64,000 nt of DNA from Oscillospiraceae bacterium (GTDB taxonomy: Bacteria; Bacillota; Clostridia; Oscillospirales; CAG-382): positions 32,110 to 96,109 of the forward strand of contig SVTH01000009.1 of NCBI GenBank assembly GCA_015063885.1, given 5' to 3'. Below the pieces are notes generated by a model, which worked only from the letters and a program-made list of their open reading frames with translations, searched no databases and was not told the DNA's origin. A program made the position numbers and the translations under genes. This document shows, piece after piece, positions 1 through 9,292 of the stretch. Position 1 is the stretch's first letter; every line of letters begins with the position of its first letter.

Positions 1-364
1 TAGCGAACAGGGCAAACAGCATCCCGCCGTGGACGGCAAGGAAATAGATGACCAGTCCCAAATGCAAGGCCAAGAACACAAAGCCGGGGATCCGCCAATA
101 CCAATTGATCCCCAAAACCGCCGCCCCTGCGGCAAGGATCAGACCTGCCACGGCAAGCAAAAGCAGAGCGAGAAGGTAGCCCGACATCTGCACGTAAACG
201 TAAAGGGCGTCTTTCATCTCCCCCAGGGTGCCTTCCACCGTGATATCCCCGGGTTCCAATTCGGCGTACATACCGTTCACGATGAAAAAGGCAACAGCGC
301 ACAGCAGTGCGAGGACGGTGAGCGTAACGGACGCTCCCAGGCGGATCTTTTGGTTTTTGGTCAT
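1..364 (-). CDS. integral membrane protein, 3' end cut by window edge
   Basis: Hand translation of the minus strand from ATG 364-362 gives MTKNQKIRLGASVTLTVLALLCAVAFFIVNG... The frame stays open to position 1 and has several hydrophobic helices. It is absent from the ORF track because there is no stop in the window. Confidence 0.6.
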   Translation of the reverse strand, partial: MTKNQKIRLGASVTLTVLALLCAVAFFIVNGMYAELEPGDITVEGTLGEMKDALYVYVQMSGYLLALLLLAVAGLILAAGAAVLGINWYWRIPGFVFLALHLGLVIYFLAVHGGMLFALFA

Positions 365-389
365 AGGTGGTTCTCCTTTTTCTTTGGGA

Positions 390-737
390 TCAAACCGTGC
401 CTTCCGGCAGGACGATGTTCATGGACACCAGCACCACCAGGAAGAAGAACAGCAAGGTCAATTGCAGGATAAACAGGGCTTTGGAGGCTTTTTTCAGCTT
501 CCCCTCCCCCAGCAGGGCGGAAACGTAGGCGAACACGGCGCCGATGCAAAGGGTGCCGAAGGTGCCGAAGGCGCTTGCCAAAAACAGCAGGAGGTTCTTC
601 GCCGCCTCCGCAAAGGAGGGTGCCGTTGCCGCCGTGGTGATCAAAAAGGTGGCAAAGGAGTAGCCGAAGCCGCCCAAGAAGCCGATGGAAAGCACCAGGC
701 AGCAGATGGACGAGATACGCTTTGCGTTGTTTTTCAT
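390..737 (-). CDS. small integral membrane protein
   Basis: ORF 390..797. The internal start MKNNAKRISSICCLVL at 737 is preceded by AAGGAAA. Three or four hydrophobic segments follow. Confidence 0.55.
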   Translation of the reverse strand: MKNNAKRISSICCLVLSIGFLGGFGYSFATFLITTAATAPSFAEAAKNLLLFLASAFGTFGTLCIGAVFAYVSALLGEGKLKKASKALFILQLTLLFFFLVVLVSMNIVLPEGTV

Positions 738-774
738 GATCGTTTCCTTTCTTGGGGATTTTTTTGGGGGGATG

Positions 775-2060
775 CGGGAGTACGAAGGGGGTGCCATACC
801 CTCAAAAAATGCTTGGCATTTTTTGACTCTTATTCGGACTCACGCCACTCATAAGAGTTCGACGCGTGCGGGGTGTTTCCTTGTGCACAGCCGCGACGGC
901 TCTATCCCGCACTCGCTCAGAGTGACCAAGTCGGCGAATGGGTGCGGAATTAAAGGTAGCGTCAGTACGCCGACGTTAAAAACGGCTTCGCAGTTTTTTC
1001 AACCGTAGTGCCGTTTGTAGAGCAAAGTTCGTGCTATACGTAGCGGTTTTGCTACCCTTACCCTACGATTGTCATTCTGAGCGGAGCCGCGGAGAAGGGT
1101 GTAAGGATAGAAAAACGAAGGCTCTCCCGCGGCGGAGTCGAAGTTTTGCGGAAGGAGCGTAGCGGATGGAGCAAAACCGCCGATAGGCGGGATCTCCTCG
1201 GAGTTAGATGTACCTTTCCGAGGGTAAAGAACTGTTTTTCACGTTACGAAAAAGATGTAAGTTTACGTCCAAAGGGGTTGGATCTAAATGTAACGAGACC
1301 CCTTGCGGTTTCGCTTTCCGAAATTGCTGTGGAAGACAAAACCGCATCCAAGATTTCGGGGCAATTTCGAAAAGCAAAACTTCGACGCGGCAGGGGGGAG
1401 TACTGCAGCAATCCTATCAAGCGTACGGTGCCCCCTGCCTTGCTCAGGGTGACGTGCCGGGGTGGTGTTCGTGCTTTTCGTAGCGTTTTAACCCTTCTCG
1501 CCCCAGGACTGTCATTCTGAGCGGAGCCGCGGAGAAGGGTGTAAGGATAGGAAAAAGGCGGCTGTCCCGCGGCGGAGTCGAAGTTTTGCGGAGAAAGCAA
1601 GGCACGTTAGTGCCGTTCGGGGCAAAACCAAGGGGCGTATATCGCCCCGCAGGGATATGGTAGGGAGTTAGATCAACCTTTTTTGTAACGTAAGAACTGT
1701 TTTAAGTAACTGACGGAACGGAAAAAGCGGTATAGCAAATGGGGTGCCATACCCTCAAAAAATGCTTGGCATTTTTTGACTCTTATTCGGGCTCACGCCA
1801 CTCATAAGAGTTCGACTCGTGCGGGTTATTTCATTGTGCACAGCCGCGACGGCTCTATCCCGCACTCGCTCAGAGTGACAAACAGGGGGTAGCGGTTGTG
1901 CTATACGTGGCGTTTTCCCGCGCAACGCTTTGCTCGTTCTTGCGCCCTATACAAAACGCCGCTAACGCATCGTTTTTCAACTGCAGTGCCGTTTGCAGGG
2001 CACTGTAGCGGCAGCTGTAAACGTTACGTCATTTGCGCCCTACACAAACCTCCGCCGCTT
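775..2060 (+). repeat. tandem array (about 2 units plus extra modules) of a composite structured intergenic repeat, family 1
   Basis: Module X (GCCATACCCTCAAAAAATGCTTGGCATTTTTTGACTCTTATTCGG..CTCACGCCACTCATAAGAGTTCGAC...CCCGCACTCGCTCAGAGTGAC) occurs at about 790-925 and 1745-1885. Module Y (TGTCATTCTGAGCGGAGCCGCGGAGAAGGGTGTAAGGATAG...CGCGGCGGAGTCGAAGTTTTGCGGA) occurs at about 1068-1160 and 1510-1600. The same units occur reverse-complemented at 31571-32535. Confidence 0.9.
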
Positions 2061-2067
2061 TGGGTAT

Positions 2068-4146
2068 TTACATCCCCAGCGGGGTATACGCAGTGCCGAG
2101 CTTTTTCAGGGCTTGCTCTTCCCTGCTGGTACAGCAGAAGAGGAAGATCTGATGCTTTTCTCCTGCGGCGGAGAGGACCTTCAGCATGGCGGCAAGGCGG
2201 TCGTCGTCCAGTCTGCCGAAGGCGTCGTCCAGGATGAGGGGCATTCCTGCGCCCCCGAAGAACAGCTCCGTCAGAGCGAGACGCAGGGACAGGTAAGCGC
2301 TGTCCTTTGCCCCTGCGGAAAGGTAATCGCAATCGCGGGAGACTCCGTTTTCATCCTGCAATTCCATGGCAAGGCGGGTGTCCACGGAAAGGGAAGGATA
2401 TTTCCCCTCCGTTGCCACAGCGAAATAGTTCCCCGCCATCTCTCCCACGCGGGGAGAGACCAGGCTCTTCATCAGGTCGGAGGCCTCCTCGATGCCTGCA
2501 CGTGCCGCCTCGTAGGCGTTGTAACGGGCACGGGCTTCCTCCAAGAGATTCTTCACAGCGTCCCGCTTGCCGGTGAGGACACCGGGGTCGGTACCCCTGC
2601 CCTCGATGGCGGCGATCCGCTGACGGGTGGCGGAAAGGCGGTCCCCCATCATGCGGGACTGCTCCTCCAGGAAACGGAGCTCACGCTCTGCGGCGGCCCT
2701 GTCTCTCGGGGGGATCTTGGCATCCTTTGCCAGCTCCTCCAGGGCGGGCAGATCCACACCCTCCAGGGCGATCTCGGCGCCCTTTACGGCGGTTTGGTAA
2801 GCGGCTTCCCGCTTATCCCGCTCAAAGCAGGCCTGCTCCAGCTCCTCAAGAGCCTCCAAGGTGGGATCGGTACGGCCGATACCCTCCAAAGCGGCGGTCA
2901 AGGCCTCTCTCGCTTCCCGTTCCTCGGCAGCGGCGGCTTCCGCAAGGAGCTGTTGCTCCTGTTCCAGGGCAAGCTTTTTCGCCTCTCTGTCCGCCAGGAT
3001 CCGTTCCGCGGCGGTACGGGCGGCCTTCTGCTTCCCCGCTTGCAGGAAGTGCCATACCAGGCACCCTGCTCCCAGCACCGCCAAAGCGATGCCCACAATC
3101 AATTGCACGAACGCCAGCCCCACGCCTGCGGCCAGGGCAAGGATCCCCAGCAGCAAGGGCAGATGCCCGGTCTTGGGCAGGGTGACGGCTTCTTCCTCAC
3201 GGTTTTCCCCTTGGGGAAGTGCCTTGGCGGCTTCCAGCTTCCGCAAGGCGGCGTCGTGGCGGCGCAGAGCCTCCGAAGCCTTGCGCACCTCCGCGGGAGA
3301 GAGCTCTCCGCAGACCTCTTTGGCCTCCAGGTAGTCTTGCTTTGCGTTTTCCGCTTCCGCCTCCATACGGCGGATGTTTTTTAATTTTTGGGCGGCCTCG
3401 TAGCGGCGGAGATTTTCCAGCTCCTCCCCTGCGTCCGCCTTCCGTTTGCTGTTGGCGTCCAGCGTTCTCTGCTGTTTTTCTTCCTCTTCCCGCAAGGATT
3501 CCAGCTCACGCCGTTCCTCCCGTGCCTCGTCCAGGGCGGATTCCAGCTGTAACAGCTCCCGCTCCAATGCGGGGATCCTGCCGTTGCCCCCTCTCCCCTT
3601 CAGCTCGTTTTTGGCCTTGGTGAGACGGTCCATGGCTTTTTTGGAGCTCATTTGCTCCTCGGAGGAGACTGCCACGTTCTGCAGCTGCTCCGCCAACACC
3701 CCGTCCTTGGATTGGGGCAGGGTGAGCTGCTTGAAGAACACCGTGCGGGAGAACACCTCCTCGGAGACGCCGAAGAAGTATTCCCCGGGCACCTCTCCCG
3801 CAGGGAGGGTCTTACCCGTTGCCGTCTCGGTGACGGTACAGGTCTCCTTGGTGCCGGAAGCGGAGCGGGTGATGCGGTACAGCTTCTCCCCCGCCCACAG
3901 GGTCACGCTTCCCTCTGCCAGGGGGCTGTCCCAGGGGGTGTATAATTTTTTATCGTTTTCCGAAAGCTCTTTCTTTCTGCTTTCGGTAAAGCCGTAGAAT
4001 ACGAATTTCAAAAAAGCCGCCAGGGTGCTTTTGCCGCTTTCGTTGGGGGCGGTGAGGACGTTGACGCCCTTCCCCGGCTCCAGCACCAGATTTTTCAGCT
4101 TGCCGAAGGAGACGACCTCCAGCCTTGCAATGTTCAGATCCTGCAT
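2068..4146 (-). CDS. SbcC/Rad50-like AAA ATPase with central coiled coil and transmembrane segment (B. subtilis YhaN/SbcE-like)
   Basis: Walker A NVLTAPNESGKST is at the N-terminus. A long Glu/Arg/Ala-rich coiled coil follows, interrupted by the hydrophobic stretch LPLLLGILALAAGVGLAFVQLIVGIALAVLGAGCLVW. The ABC signature YLSAGAKDSAYLSLRLAL and Walker B PLILDDAFGRLDD sit at the C-terminus. Confidence 0.8.
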   Translation of the reverse strand: MQDLNIARLEVVSFGKLKNLVLEPGKGVNVLTAPNESGKSTLAAFLKFVFYGFTESRKKELSENDKKLYTPWDSPLAEGSVTLWAGEKLYRITRSASGTKETCTVTETATGKTLPAGEVPGEYFFGVSEEVFSRTVFFKQLTLPQSKDGVLAEQLQNVAVSSEEQMSSKKAMDRLTKAKNELKGRGGNGRIPALERELLQLESALDEAREERRELESLREEEEKQQRTLDANSKRKADAGEELENLRRYEAAQKLKNIRRMEAEAENAKQDYLEAKEVCGELSPAEVRKASEALRRHDAALRKLEAAKALPQGENREEEAVTLPKTGHLPLLLGILALAAGVGLAFVQLIVGIALAVLGAGCLVWHFLQAGKQKAARTAAERILADREAKKLALEQEQQLLAEAAAAEEREAREALTAALEGIGRTDPTLEALEELEQACFERDKREAAYQTAVKGAEIALEGVDLPALEELAKDAKIPPRDRAAAERELRFLEEQSRMMGDRLSATRQRIAAIEGRGTDPGVLTGKRDAVKNLLEEARARYNAYEAARAGIEEASDLMKSLVSPRVGEMAGNYFAVATEGKYPSLSVDTRLAMELQDENGVSRDCDYLSAGAKDSAYLSLRLALTELFFGGAGMPLILDDAFGRLDDDRLAAMLKVLSAAGEKHQIFLFCCTSREEQALKKLGTAYTPLGM

Positions 4147-4150
4147 CTCG

Positions 4151-5257
4151 TCACTCCTCTCCCGTCAGCTCTGCCACGTTGCGGTCGTCCAGCGCCAGCA
4201 GTCCGTATTTCAGAGCATCCGACGGAACTTCCCCTTTTTCTACCTTTTCCGCCATCAAACGGTAAAAGACGCCCTTGAGGGTGTTGCTTTTTTCCAGCTC
4301 CGTGAAGCGGGGGGCGGGAACGGTGCGGTCCTTGAGCTCCACAGAGGCGGGGTATTCCGCGCTGTGGGAGATCTCTGCGCCCGAAAGGAGCAGACCCTCC
4401 TCCACTTCCCCCGTGAGGATCATCCGCAGGACCGTCTCTCTGCCGAAGGGCAAAGCGGTCTTGCGGAGCTTTTCCAAGGTCTCAAGACGGGTCAGTCCCG
4501 TGACGTCCACGGTGACCGTCTCGTAGCGGTGGTTGGAGATGGGGATGAACTTGGCCGCCACGTTGCCTTTTTCCATGGCGCCGAAGAGGAAGCCCTTGTA
4601 GCCGGTCTCGTCGAAGCCCCTGCCTCGGATACAGCCGGGATACGCCCAGAACACCTCTCCCGCCTTTTGCAGGTCGGTACCCTTGTGGATGTGTCCCAAG
4701 GCCACGTAATCAAAGCCGCTTGCCGCCAGGTCCTCCTTGGTGAAGGGGCAATAGGGAGAGTCGCTTCCTCCCTCCAGGTCCCCGTGACAGCACAGCACGT
4801 TGATACGGCTGTCGTCCTTTTTGGGGTAGCCCAGCACGGGGTTACAGCCCCCGTTTCTGCCGTCGAAGCCGAAGCCGTACACGTCCACGCCCAGATCGTC
4901 CAATCGGACGCAGGCTTTTTCACTGCCGAAGATATGGACGTTGGCGGGAAGCTTCATGGTGCGGTAGGGGGAGCCCGCCGTCAGAGGATCGTGGTTCCCC
5001 GGGGCGATGAAAAAGCGGCAGTCGGGGCAGGAGGCCAGCTCCCGCTCCAGCAGGCTCAGCGTCTCGTGGGTGACGGCGTTTCCGTCGAACAGGTCTCCGC
5101 TGAGAAGGCACAGATCCACCTTCTGCTGGCGGATATACAGCATTAGAGAGGACAGATCCCCCCGCAATTCCGTACGGCGGCGTTCCGCCTCCCCGGGGGT
5201 ACGGAGGGAAAAGGGGGCGTCCAGATGGAGATCCCCTGCGTGTACAAATCGAATCAT
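4151..5257 (-). CDS. SbcD/Mre11-like metallophosphoesterase exonuclease (YhaO/SbcF-like)
   Basis: Calcineurin-like motifs are present: HAGDLHLD, SGDLFDG, GNHD, CCHGDL, GHIH. It lies immediately upstream of the ATPase gene with a 4-nt gap. Confidence 0.8.
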   Translation of the reverse strand: MIRFVHAGDLHLDAPFSLRTPGEAERRRTELRGDLSSLMLYIRQQKVDLCLLSGDLFDGNAVTHETLSLLERELASCPDCRFFIAPGNHDPLTAGSPYRTMKLPANVHIFGSEKACVRLDDLGVDVYGFGFDGRNGGCNPVLGYPKKDDSRINVLCCHGDLEGGSDSPYCPFTKEDLAASGFDYVALGHIHKGTDLQKAGEVFWAYPGCIRGRGFDETGYKGFLFGAMEKGNVAAKFIPISNHRYETVTVDVTGLTRLETLEKLRKTALPFGRETVLRMILTGEVEEGLLLSGAEISHSAEYPASVELKDRTVPAPRFTELEKSNTLKGVFYRLMAEKVEKGEVPSDALKYGLLALDDRNVAELTGEE

Positions 5258-5276
5258 AGCGTTGATACCTCTCTTT

Positions 5277-6095
5277 TCAAAGGGTGATGAAGGCGCTCAT
5301 GGTGCCCCGCTCCGCTCCCATACGGCGGTGGGAGAAGAAATATTCCCCGTGGCATCGGGTGCAGACCCGTGCTTCGTCGACGTGGGAAGGCAGAACCCCC
5401 GCCCCCTCCAGGAGACGGCGGTTGGCGGCGGTGAGATCCAGAAGATATTTCCCCGGCGTTTGATCGGGGGTGAAGCAGAAGTCCAAGTCCCCTTTTTCCA
5501 AAAAGGCACGGTACACCTCTTCCCCCACTTGGTAACAGCAGCTCCCGATACAGGGGCCGATGGCCGTCAGAATATTGGCGGGATCGCTCCCATGGGAGAT
5601 CATTTCCTTGACGGCGTTTTCCCCGATGCCGCCCACGGTGCCCCGCCAGCCTGCATGGACGGCGGCACAGACCTTGTTTTCGGGGTCGAACAGCAAGATG
5701 GGCACGCAATCCGCCGTGCGGACGGAAAGGAGAAGCGCGGGCGTCTTGGTCACCAGGCCGTCCACCCCGAAATCGAATTTCGGCTTTGTGGTGCCCACCC
5801 CGCGGTGGGAATCGTCCACAGTGATGCAAAGGGAGGTGTGGGCTTGGTAGGAACGGCAGATATCCGAAAGGGAAAGGCCCAACAGCTCCGCGGCAAGGCG
5901 GTAGTTTTCCAGCACGTTTTCCTCGGTGTCCGTGACCTTCCCCACTCCTGCGGCAAAGTTCCAGCCCCCGAAAACGCCCTTGCTGACCCCGCCTTTGCGG
6001 GTGGCAAAGAAATGCTTTGCACCTGCGTCCTCCAGAAGAGGAGAGGTGAGGTAAAGGGCGTCGCCTTTTTTGTGAAGACGGAAGTGGGTGGTCAT
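5277..6095 (-). CDS. pgeF: peptidoglycan editing factor PgeF / YfiH (DUF152 laccase-domain protein)
   Basis: Typical family motifs: FATRKGGVS, RTADCVPILL, HAGWRGT, CTRCHGEYFFSHRR. Confidence 0.8.
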   Translation of the reverse strand: MTTHFRLHKKGDALYLTSPLLEDAGAKHFFATRKGGVSKGVFGGWNFAAGVGKVTDTEENVLENYRLAAELLGLSLSDICRSYQAHTSLCITVDDSHRGVGTTKPKFDFGVDGLVTKTPALLLSVRTADCVPILLFDPENKVCAAVHAGWRGTVGGIGENAVKEMISHGSDPANILTAIGPCIGSCCYQVGEEVYRAFLEKGDLDFCFTPDQTPGKYLLDLTAANRRLLEGAGVLPSHVDEARVCTRCHGEYFFSHRRMGAERGTMSAFITL

Positions 6096-6465
6096 GGAGA
6101 TCCCTCGTTTTGGTATAGTTACTTTATTATAGCAAATACCCGTGGGAATTGCAATAACAAATTGTAAAAAATAAGGGAGAGGGAGAAGTGCTAAGGGGCC
6201 TCATCCACCATCGGCGGAGATCACCAAGCATCTCCTATCCCTGCCCGGTTCCGCCCGCCGATGGTCCCCCTTCCCCAAAAGGGGAAGGCGAGAGCACACC
6301 TGCGGCGTGCGCAAAAAAAGGGTTACCTCATTTTCAAGTTCCACGCAAGCGGTTCGGCGTCCCGGAACAGCGGGGGAACGGTTTTTGGCGGCGCAAGGCT
6401 CTTCCCCTTTTTTTAGTATTCACAAAATGTTTAGAAATTGGAAAGGGAATCCTTTTCATCCGTTC

Positions 6466-6494
6466 TTGACATTTTTCCCGAAATGGGCTATAAT
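6466..6494 (+). promoter_or_regulatory. sigma-A type promoter of psd-nifS operon
   Basis: TTGACA (6466-6471), 17-nt spacer, TATAAT (6489-6494). It lies 30 nt upstream of the psd start. Confidence 0.6.
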
Positions 6495-6524
6495 AAAGGC
6501 GAAGAATGAAAGGAGGCGTTCCCG

Positions 6525-7379
6525 ATGGTTCTGGACCGTAACGGCAAGGAAGTACACGAGTCTGCCGGACAAGCAAAGTTTCTGAGCTTTTTGTACCGCG
6601 GTCTGCCCGGGCGCGTGCTCCTGCGTTTGCTTCGCTCCCGCCGGGTGTCCTGCTTGATGGGGGCGTACATGGACAGCCCTCTTTCCCGAGGCCGTGTGAA
6701 AAAGGCCTTGAAAAACGGCATGGACATGGAGGGCGTGGAGGAGACGGTATTCCCCAACTACAACGCCCTGTTCACCCGCAAGAGAAAGGACGGCACCTTC
6801 CCCTTTTCCCAAGAGGAGGGCGACTTCTGTTCCCCTGCGGATTCCCGCATGACGGTCTATCCTCTGAAGGAGGGCACCGCCTTCCCCGTGAAGCTGGCCC
6901 CCTATACGGCGTCGGAGCTTTTGGGCAGTGAAGAGGAGGGGGCGTATTTCCGCGACGGCTACGCCTTCGTGTTCCGCCTCTGCCCCGAGGATTATCACCG
7001 CTACGCATTTTTCGACGGAGGGAAGCTCCTTTCCTCCTGTTTTATCAAGGGCACCTTCCATACGGTGAACCCTGTTGCCCTGGCAAAGCTTCCCGTGTTC
7101 CACCGCAACTGCCGCAACGTTTCTGTTCTGGAGACGGAGCACTTCGGCAGATGCGCTTACGTGGAGGTGGGCGCCATGATGGTGGGCAGGATCATCAACC
7201 ACGGGCAGGAGACCTTCACCCGCGGGGAGGAAAAGGGCTACTTCGCCTTCGGCGGCTCCACGGTGGTGGTGCTGGTGGGGAAGGACGTGCTCACCCCCTG
7301 TGAGGACATTGTAAACAACAGCAACCAAGGCATCGAGACCTACGTCCGTGCCGGCGAGACCGTGGGGCGGAGGGTATGA
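6525..7379 (+). CDS. psd: phosphatidylserine decarboxylase proenzyme
   Basis: LCPEDYHRYAFFDGG motif and the C-terminal self-cleavage motif FAFGGSTVVVL. RBS AAAGGAGG lies upstream. Confidence 0.85.
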   Translation: MVLDRNGKEVHESAGQAKFLSFLYRGLPGRVLLRLLRSRRVSCLMGAYMDSPLSRGRVKKALKNGMDMEGVEETVFPNYNALFTRKRKDGTFPFSQEEGDFCSPADSRMTVYPLKEGTAFPVKLAPYTASELLGSEEEGAYFRDGYAFVFRLCPEDYHRYAFFDGGKLLSSCFIKGTFHTVNPVALAKLPVFHRNCRNVSVLETEHFGRCAYVEVGAMMVGRIINHGQETFTRGEEKGYFAFGGSTVVVLVGKDVLTPCEDIVNNSNQGIETYVRAGETVGRRV

Positions 7380-8443
7380 TCTACCTGGATCACGCCGCCA
7401 CCTCTCCCCTGCATCCCAAGGCGCGGGAGGCCATGACGGACGCCATGGCGGTTTTGGGCAACCCCTCTTCCCCCCACAGGGCGGGGACTGCCGCAAAAGC
7501 CCTTTTGGAGGACAGCCGCCGCAGGATGGCGGAGTGCCTGGGGTGCGACCCCAAGGAATTGCTGTTCACCTCGGGCGGTACGGAGGCCAACGCCTTGGCG
7601 CTCCACGGCAGGTCAAAGGTGCTCACCTCTCCCATGGAGCATCCCTCGGTGCTGAAGAACGTTGGGGATCCCTTGCTGCTTCCCGTAACGGGGGAGGGCG
7701 TCGTGTCCCTTGCGGGCTTGGAAGAAGCCTTACGGAAGGGCGTGACAGCAGTTTCCCTCCAACACGCCAACAACGAGACGGGACTGCTTCAGCCTGCCGA
7801 GGAAGCGGGCGTTCTTTGCCGCAGGCAGGGCGTGGTCTTCCATTGCGACGGCGTTCAGGCGGTAGGAAAGGCAGAGCTGTGCCTACGGGAGCTCCCCGTG
7901 GATCTGTATACCTTTTCCGCACATAAATTCGGCGGTCCCATGGGCGTCGGCGGCTTGTACCGCAGAGCGGGGACGGAACTGCACCCTCTGTACGGAGGCG
8001 GCTCCCAGGAGGGAGGCTTCCGTGCGGGAACGGAAAGCGCTCTGCTTGCCGCAGGCATGGCGGCGGCGCTGGAGGCGGTGACCAAGGAGCTTGGGGAGAC
8101 CCACGCCAAGCTGAAGGAGCTGGAAGCCTTGCTTCTCCCCCGTTTGCACGCCTTGGGCGGTGTGGAAACGGGCAGGGGTGAGCGGATTGCAGGGCATTTG
8201 CATCTGCGCTTCCCCGGTCGTGACGGAGAGGCGCTGACGGCAGGGCTGGATCTTTTGGGGGTTTGTATTTCTGCGGGAGCGGCTTGCCGCAGCGGAAGCC
8301 ATACCCCAAGCAGGACGTTGCTTGCCATGGGCTTTACCCCCGAAGAAGCATCCGAAGGACTGCGGATCACCTTGGGACGGGAGAACACCCGTGAGGAGAT
8401 CCTGACCTTCTCCGCACTGCTGGAAGAGCTGATACGAAAATAA
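7376..8443 (+). CDS. cysteine desulfurase, class V aminotransferase (NifS/IscS-like)
   Basis: MIYLDHAATSP N-terminus and the PLP-lysine motif FSAHKFGGPMGVGGLY. The active-site loop ISAGAACRSGS is present. Its start overlaps the psd stop in an ATGA. Confidence 0.85.
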   Translation: MIYLDHAATSPLHPKAREAMTDAMAVLGNPSSPHRAGTAAKALLEDSRRRMAECLGCDPKELLFTSGGTEANALALHGRSKVLTSPMEHPSVLKNVGDPLLLPVTGEGVVSLAGLEEALRKGVTAVSLQHANNETGLLQPAEEAGVLCRRQGVVFHCDGVQAVGKAELCLRELPVDLYTFSAHKFGGPMGVGGLYRRAGTELHPLYGGGSQEGGFRAGTESALLAAGMAAALEAVTKELGETHAKLKELEALLLPRLHALGGVETGRGERIAGHLHLRFPGRDGEALTAGLDLLGVCISAGAACRSGSHTPSRTLLAMGFTPEEASEGLRITLGRENTREEILTFSALLEELIRK

Positions 8444-8483
8444 AAAAACAAAAATATACAAACCAAAAAAAGGAGAAAACAAA

Positions 8484-8729
8484 ATGGAAGAGCTGAACAA
8501 GGAACTCACTTTGGATAACGAAGTGGAAGACGCCGAAATCGACGAAGTGGATCTGCTGAACGAAGAGATCTCCGATCTGGAGGAAGAGCTGGACGAGTAC
8601 GAGATGGCTGAGGCCGCTCGCCGCGCAAAGAAGAAAAAGCGCATCATCCTCATCGCAGGCATCGCCGTTGGCCTGGCCATCGCCGCTGTTCTGATCGCCA
8701 TCTTCGCAGGCAAGAAGAAGGAAGACTGA
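8484..8729 (+). CDS. small acidic tail-anchored membrane protein
   Basis: RBS AAAGGAGAA precedes the start. An acidic N-terminal half is followed by KKKKR and one C-terminal TM helix (IILIAGIAVGLAIAAVLIAIFAG). Confidence 0.6.
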   Translation: MEELNKELTLDNEVEDAEIDEVDLLNEEISDLEEELDEYEMAEAARRAKKKKRIILIAGIAVGLAIAAVLIAIFAGKKKED

Positions 8730-8743
8730 GTCCGTTTCAAAAA

Positions 8744-8768
8744 GGGATCCGCAAGGATCCCTTTTTTT
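8744..8768 (+). terminator. rho-independent terminator
   Basis: GGGATCC-GCAA-GGATCCC hairpin followed by TTTTTTT. Confidence 0.75.
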
Positions 8769-8774
8769 CGTGGG

Positions 8775-9250
8775 ATTCAGGCGGAGCGGAATTTTGATCG
8801 TTGCCGTTGCGTATTCGCAGGGAATGTTGGTTAAAAATTCCCGCCTCACCTCCCGCAAGAGCGGGGCGCCGTGGACGTCGCCCCCTACGGTTACGAAGGG
8901 GATATAGCGAACAAATCAACCGTATCTATCGCAAGAGGTCAAATTCGTTATATGCCCGTCATCCCTGCGTGGAATGGGGCGAGATTTTAACCGTCGCTTC
9001 TTGCGTGACCGTAGGGGCGATTCACGAATCGCCCGCCTTGCGTTGCATTGCAAAGCGGGTCTTGCATGTTCCTACCTGCGTGGAATATTCCCCCCGCCAT
9101 TGATGGTAAAAATACACGCCGTTGTTTTCCCCACAGCGGAGCGTCTTACCGCCGCCGCAGGCGGTTTGAGCCGCTCCCTACGGTCACGAATAGAGCACGA
9201 TAGGAAATCAAGCCTCATCTCCCGCAGAGGGGGGCGGAAGAAACCGTTCT
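8775..9250. repeat. cluster of family-2 intergenic repeats (GTAGGGG-core palindromic modules)
   Basis: Contains GGGGCGCCGTGGACGTCGCCCCCTACGG and GTAGGGGCGATTCACGAATCGCCC (9011-9034). About 8810-8995 is the reverse complement of about 27125-27310. Confidence 0.85.
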
Positions 9251-9292
9251 CATAAAACAAAAAGGACGAGAAAAACTCTCGTCCTTGTGGGT

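Noticed and set aside
1244-1600. Conserved-looking ORFs beginning MLSPQNFDSAAG.P.FSYPYTLLRGSAQND, also at 31713-31937 and 32140-32412. Related ORFs include 31630-31848 and 32069-32434.
   Set aside because: They are translations of family-1 repeat units. The similarity is nucleotide-level repeat identity. The ORFs diverge and end at different points after the repeat core, lack an RBS, and overlap each other on both strands.
1993-3384. Long plus-strand ORF (463 aa) and similar long ORFs antisense to recognisable genes. Examples: 4025-5146, 6456-7496, 9287-11041, 11951-13177, 17122-18966, 27260-29056, 32920-34191, 34777-36030, 36184-37497, 39591-41849, 48159-49484, 62035-63747.
   Set aside because: Each lies opposite a gene with clear family motifs. 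Their products are Gly/Arg/Leu/His-rich low-complexity sequences with no motifs and no RBS. They are typical shadow ORFs of GC-rich DNA.
6096-6465. 370-bp intergenic region upstream of psd with an 11-bp long-range stem (ACCATCGGCGG 6207-6217 with CCGCCGATGGT 6255-6265) and the hairpin CCCCTTCCCC-AAAA-GGGGAAGG. I considered it as an ncRNA or riboswitch.
   Set aside because: I recognise no resemblance to any riboswitch or sRNA class. The psd promoter lies downstream of it, so it would not be in the psd leader. The evidence is insufficient for a call, and it may be another repeat module.
8974-9255. ORFs containing GAIHESPA, RGDSRIARL or PYGNEGG peptides. Others include 14976-15245, 15083-15301, 27234-27566, 37571-37931 and 58213-58434.
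   Set aside because: They are products of the palindromic family-2 repeats read in either direction. They have no start context and are not plausible proteins.
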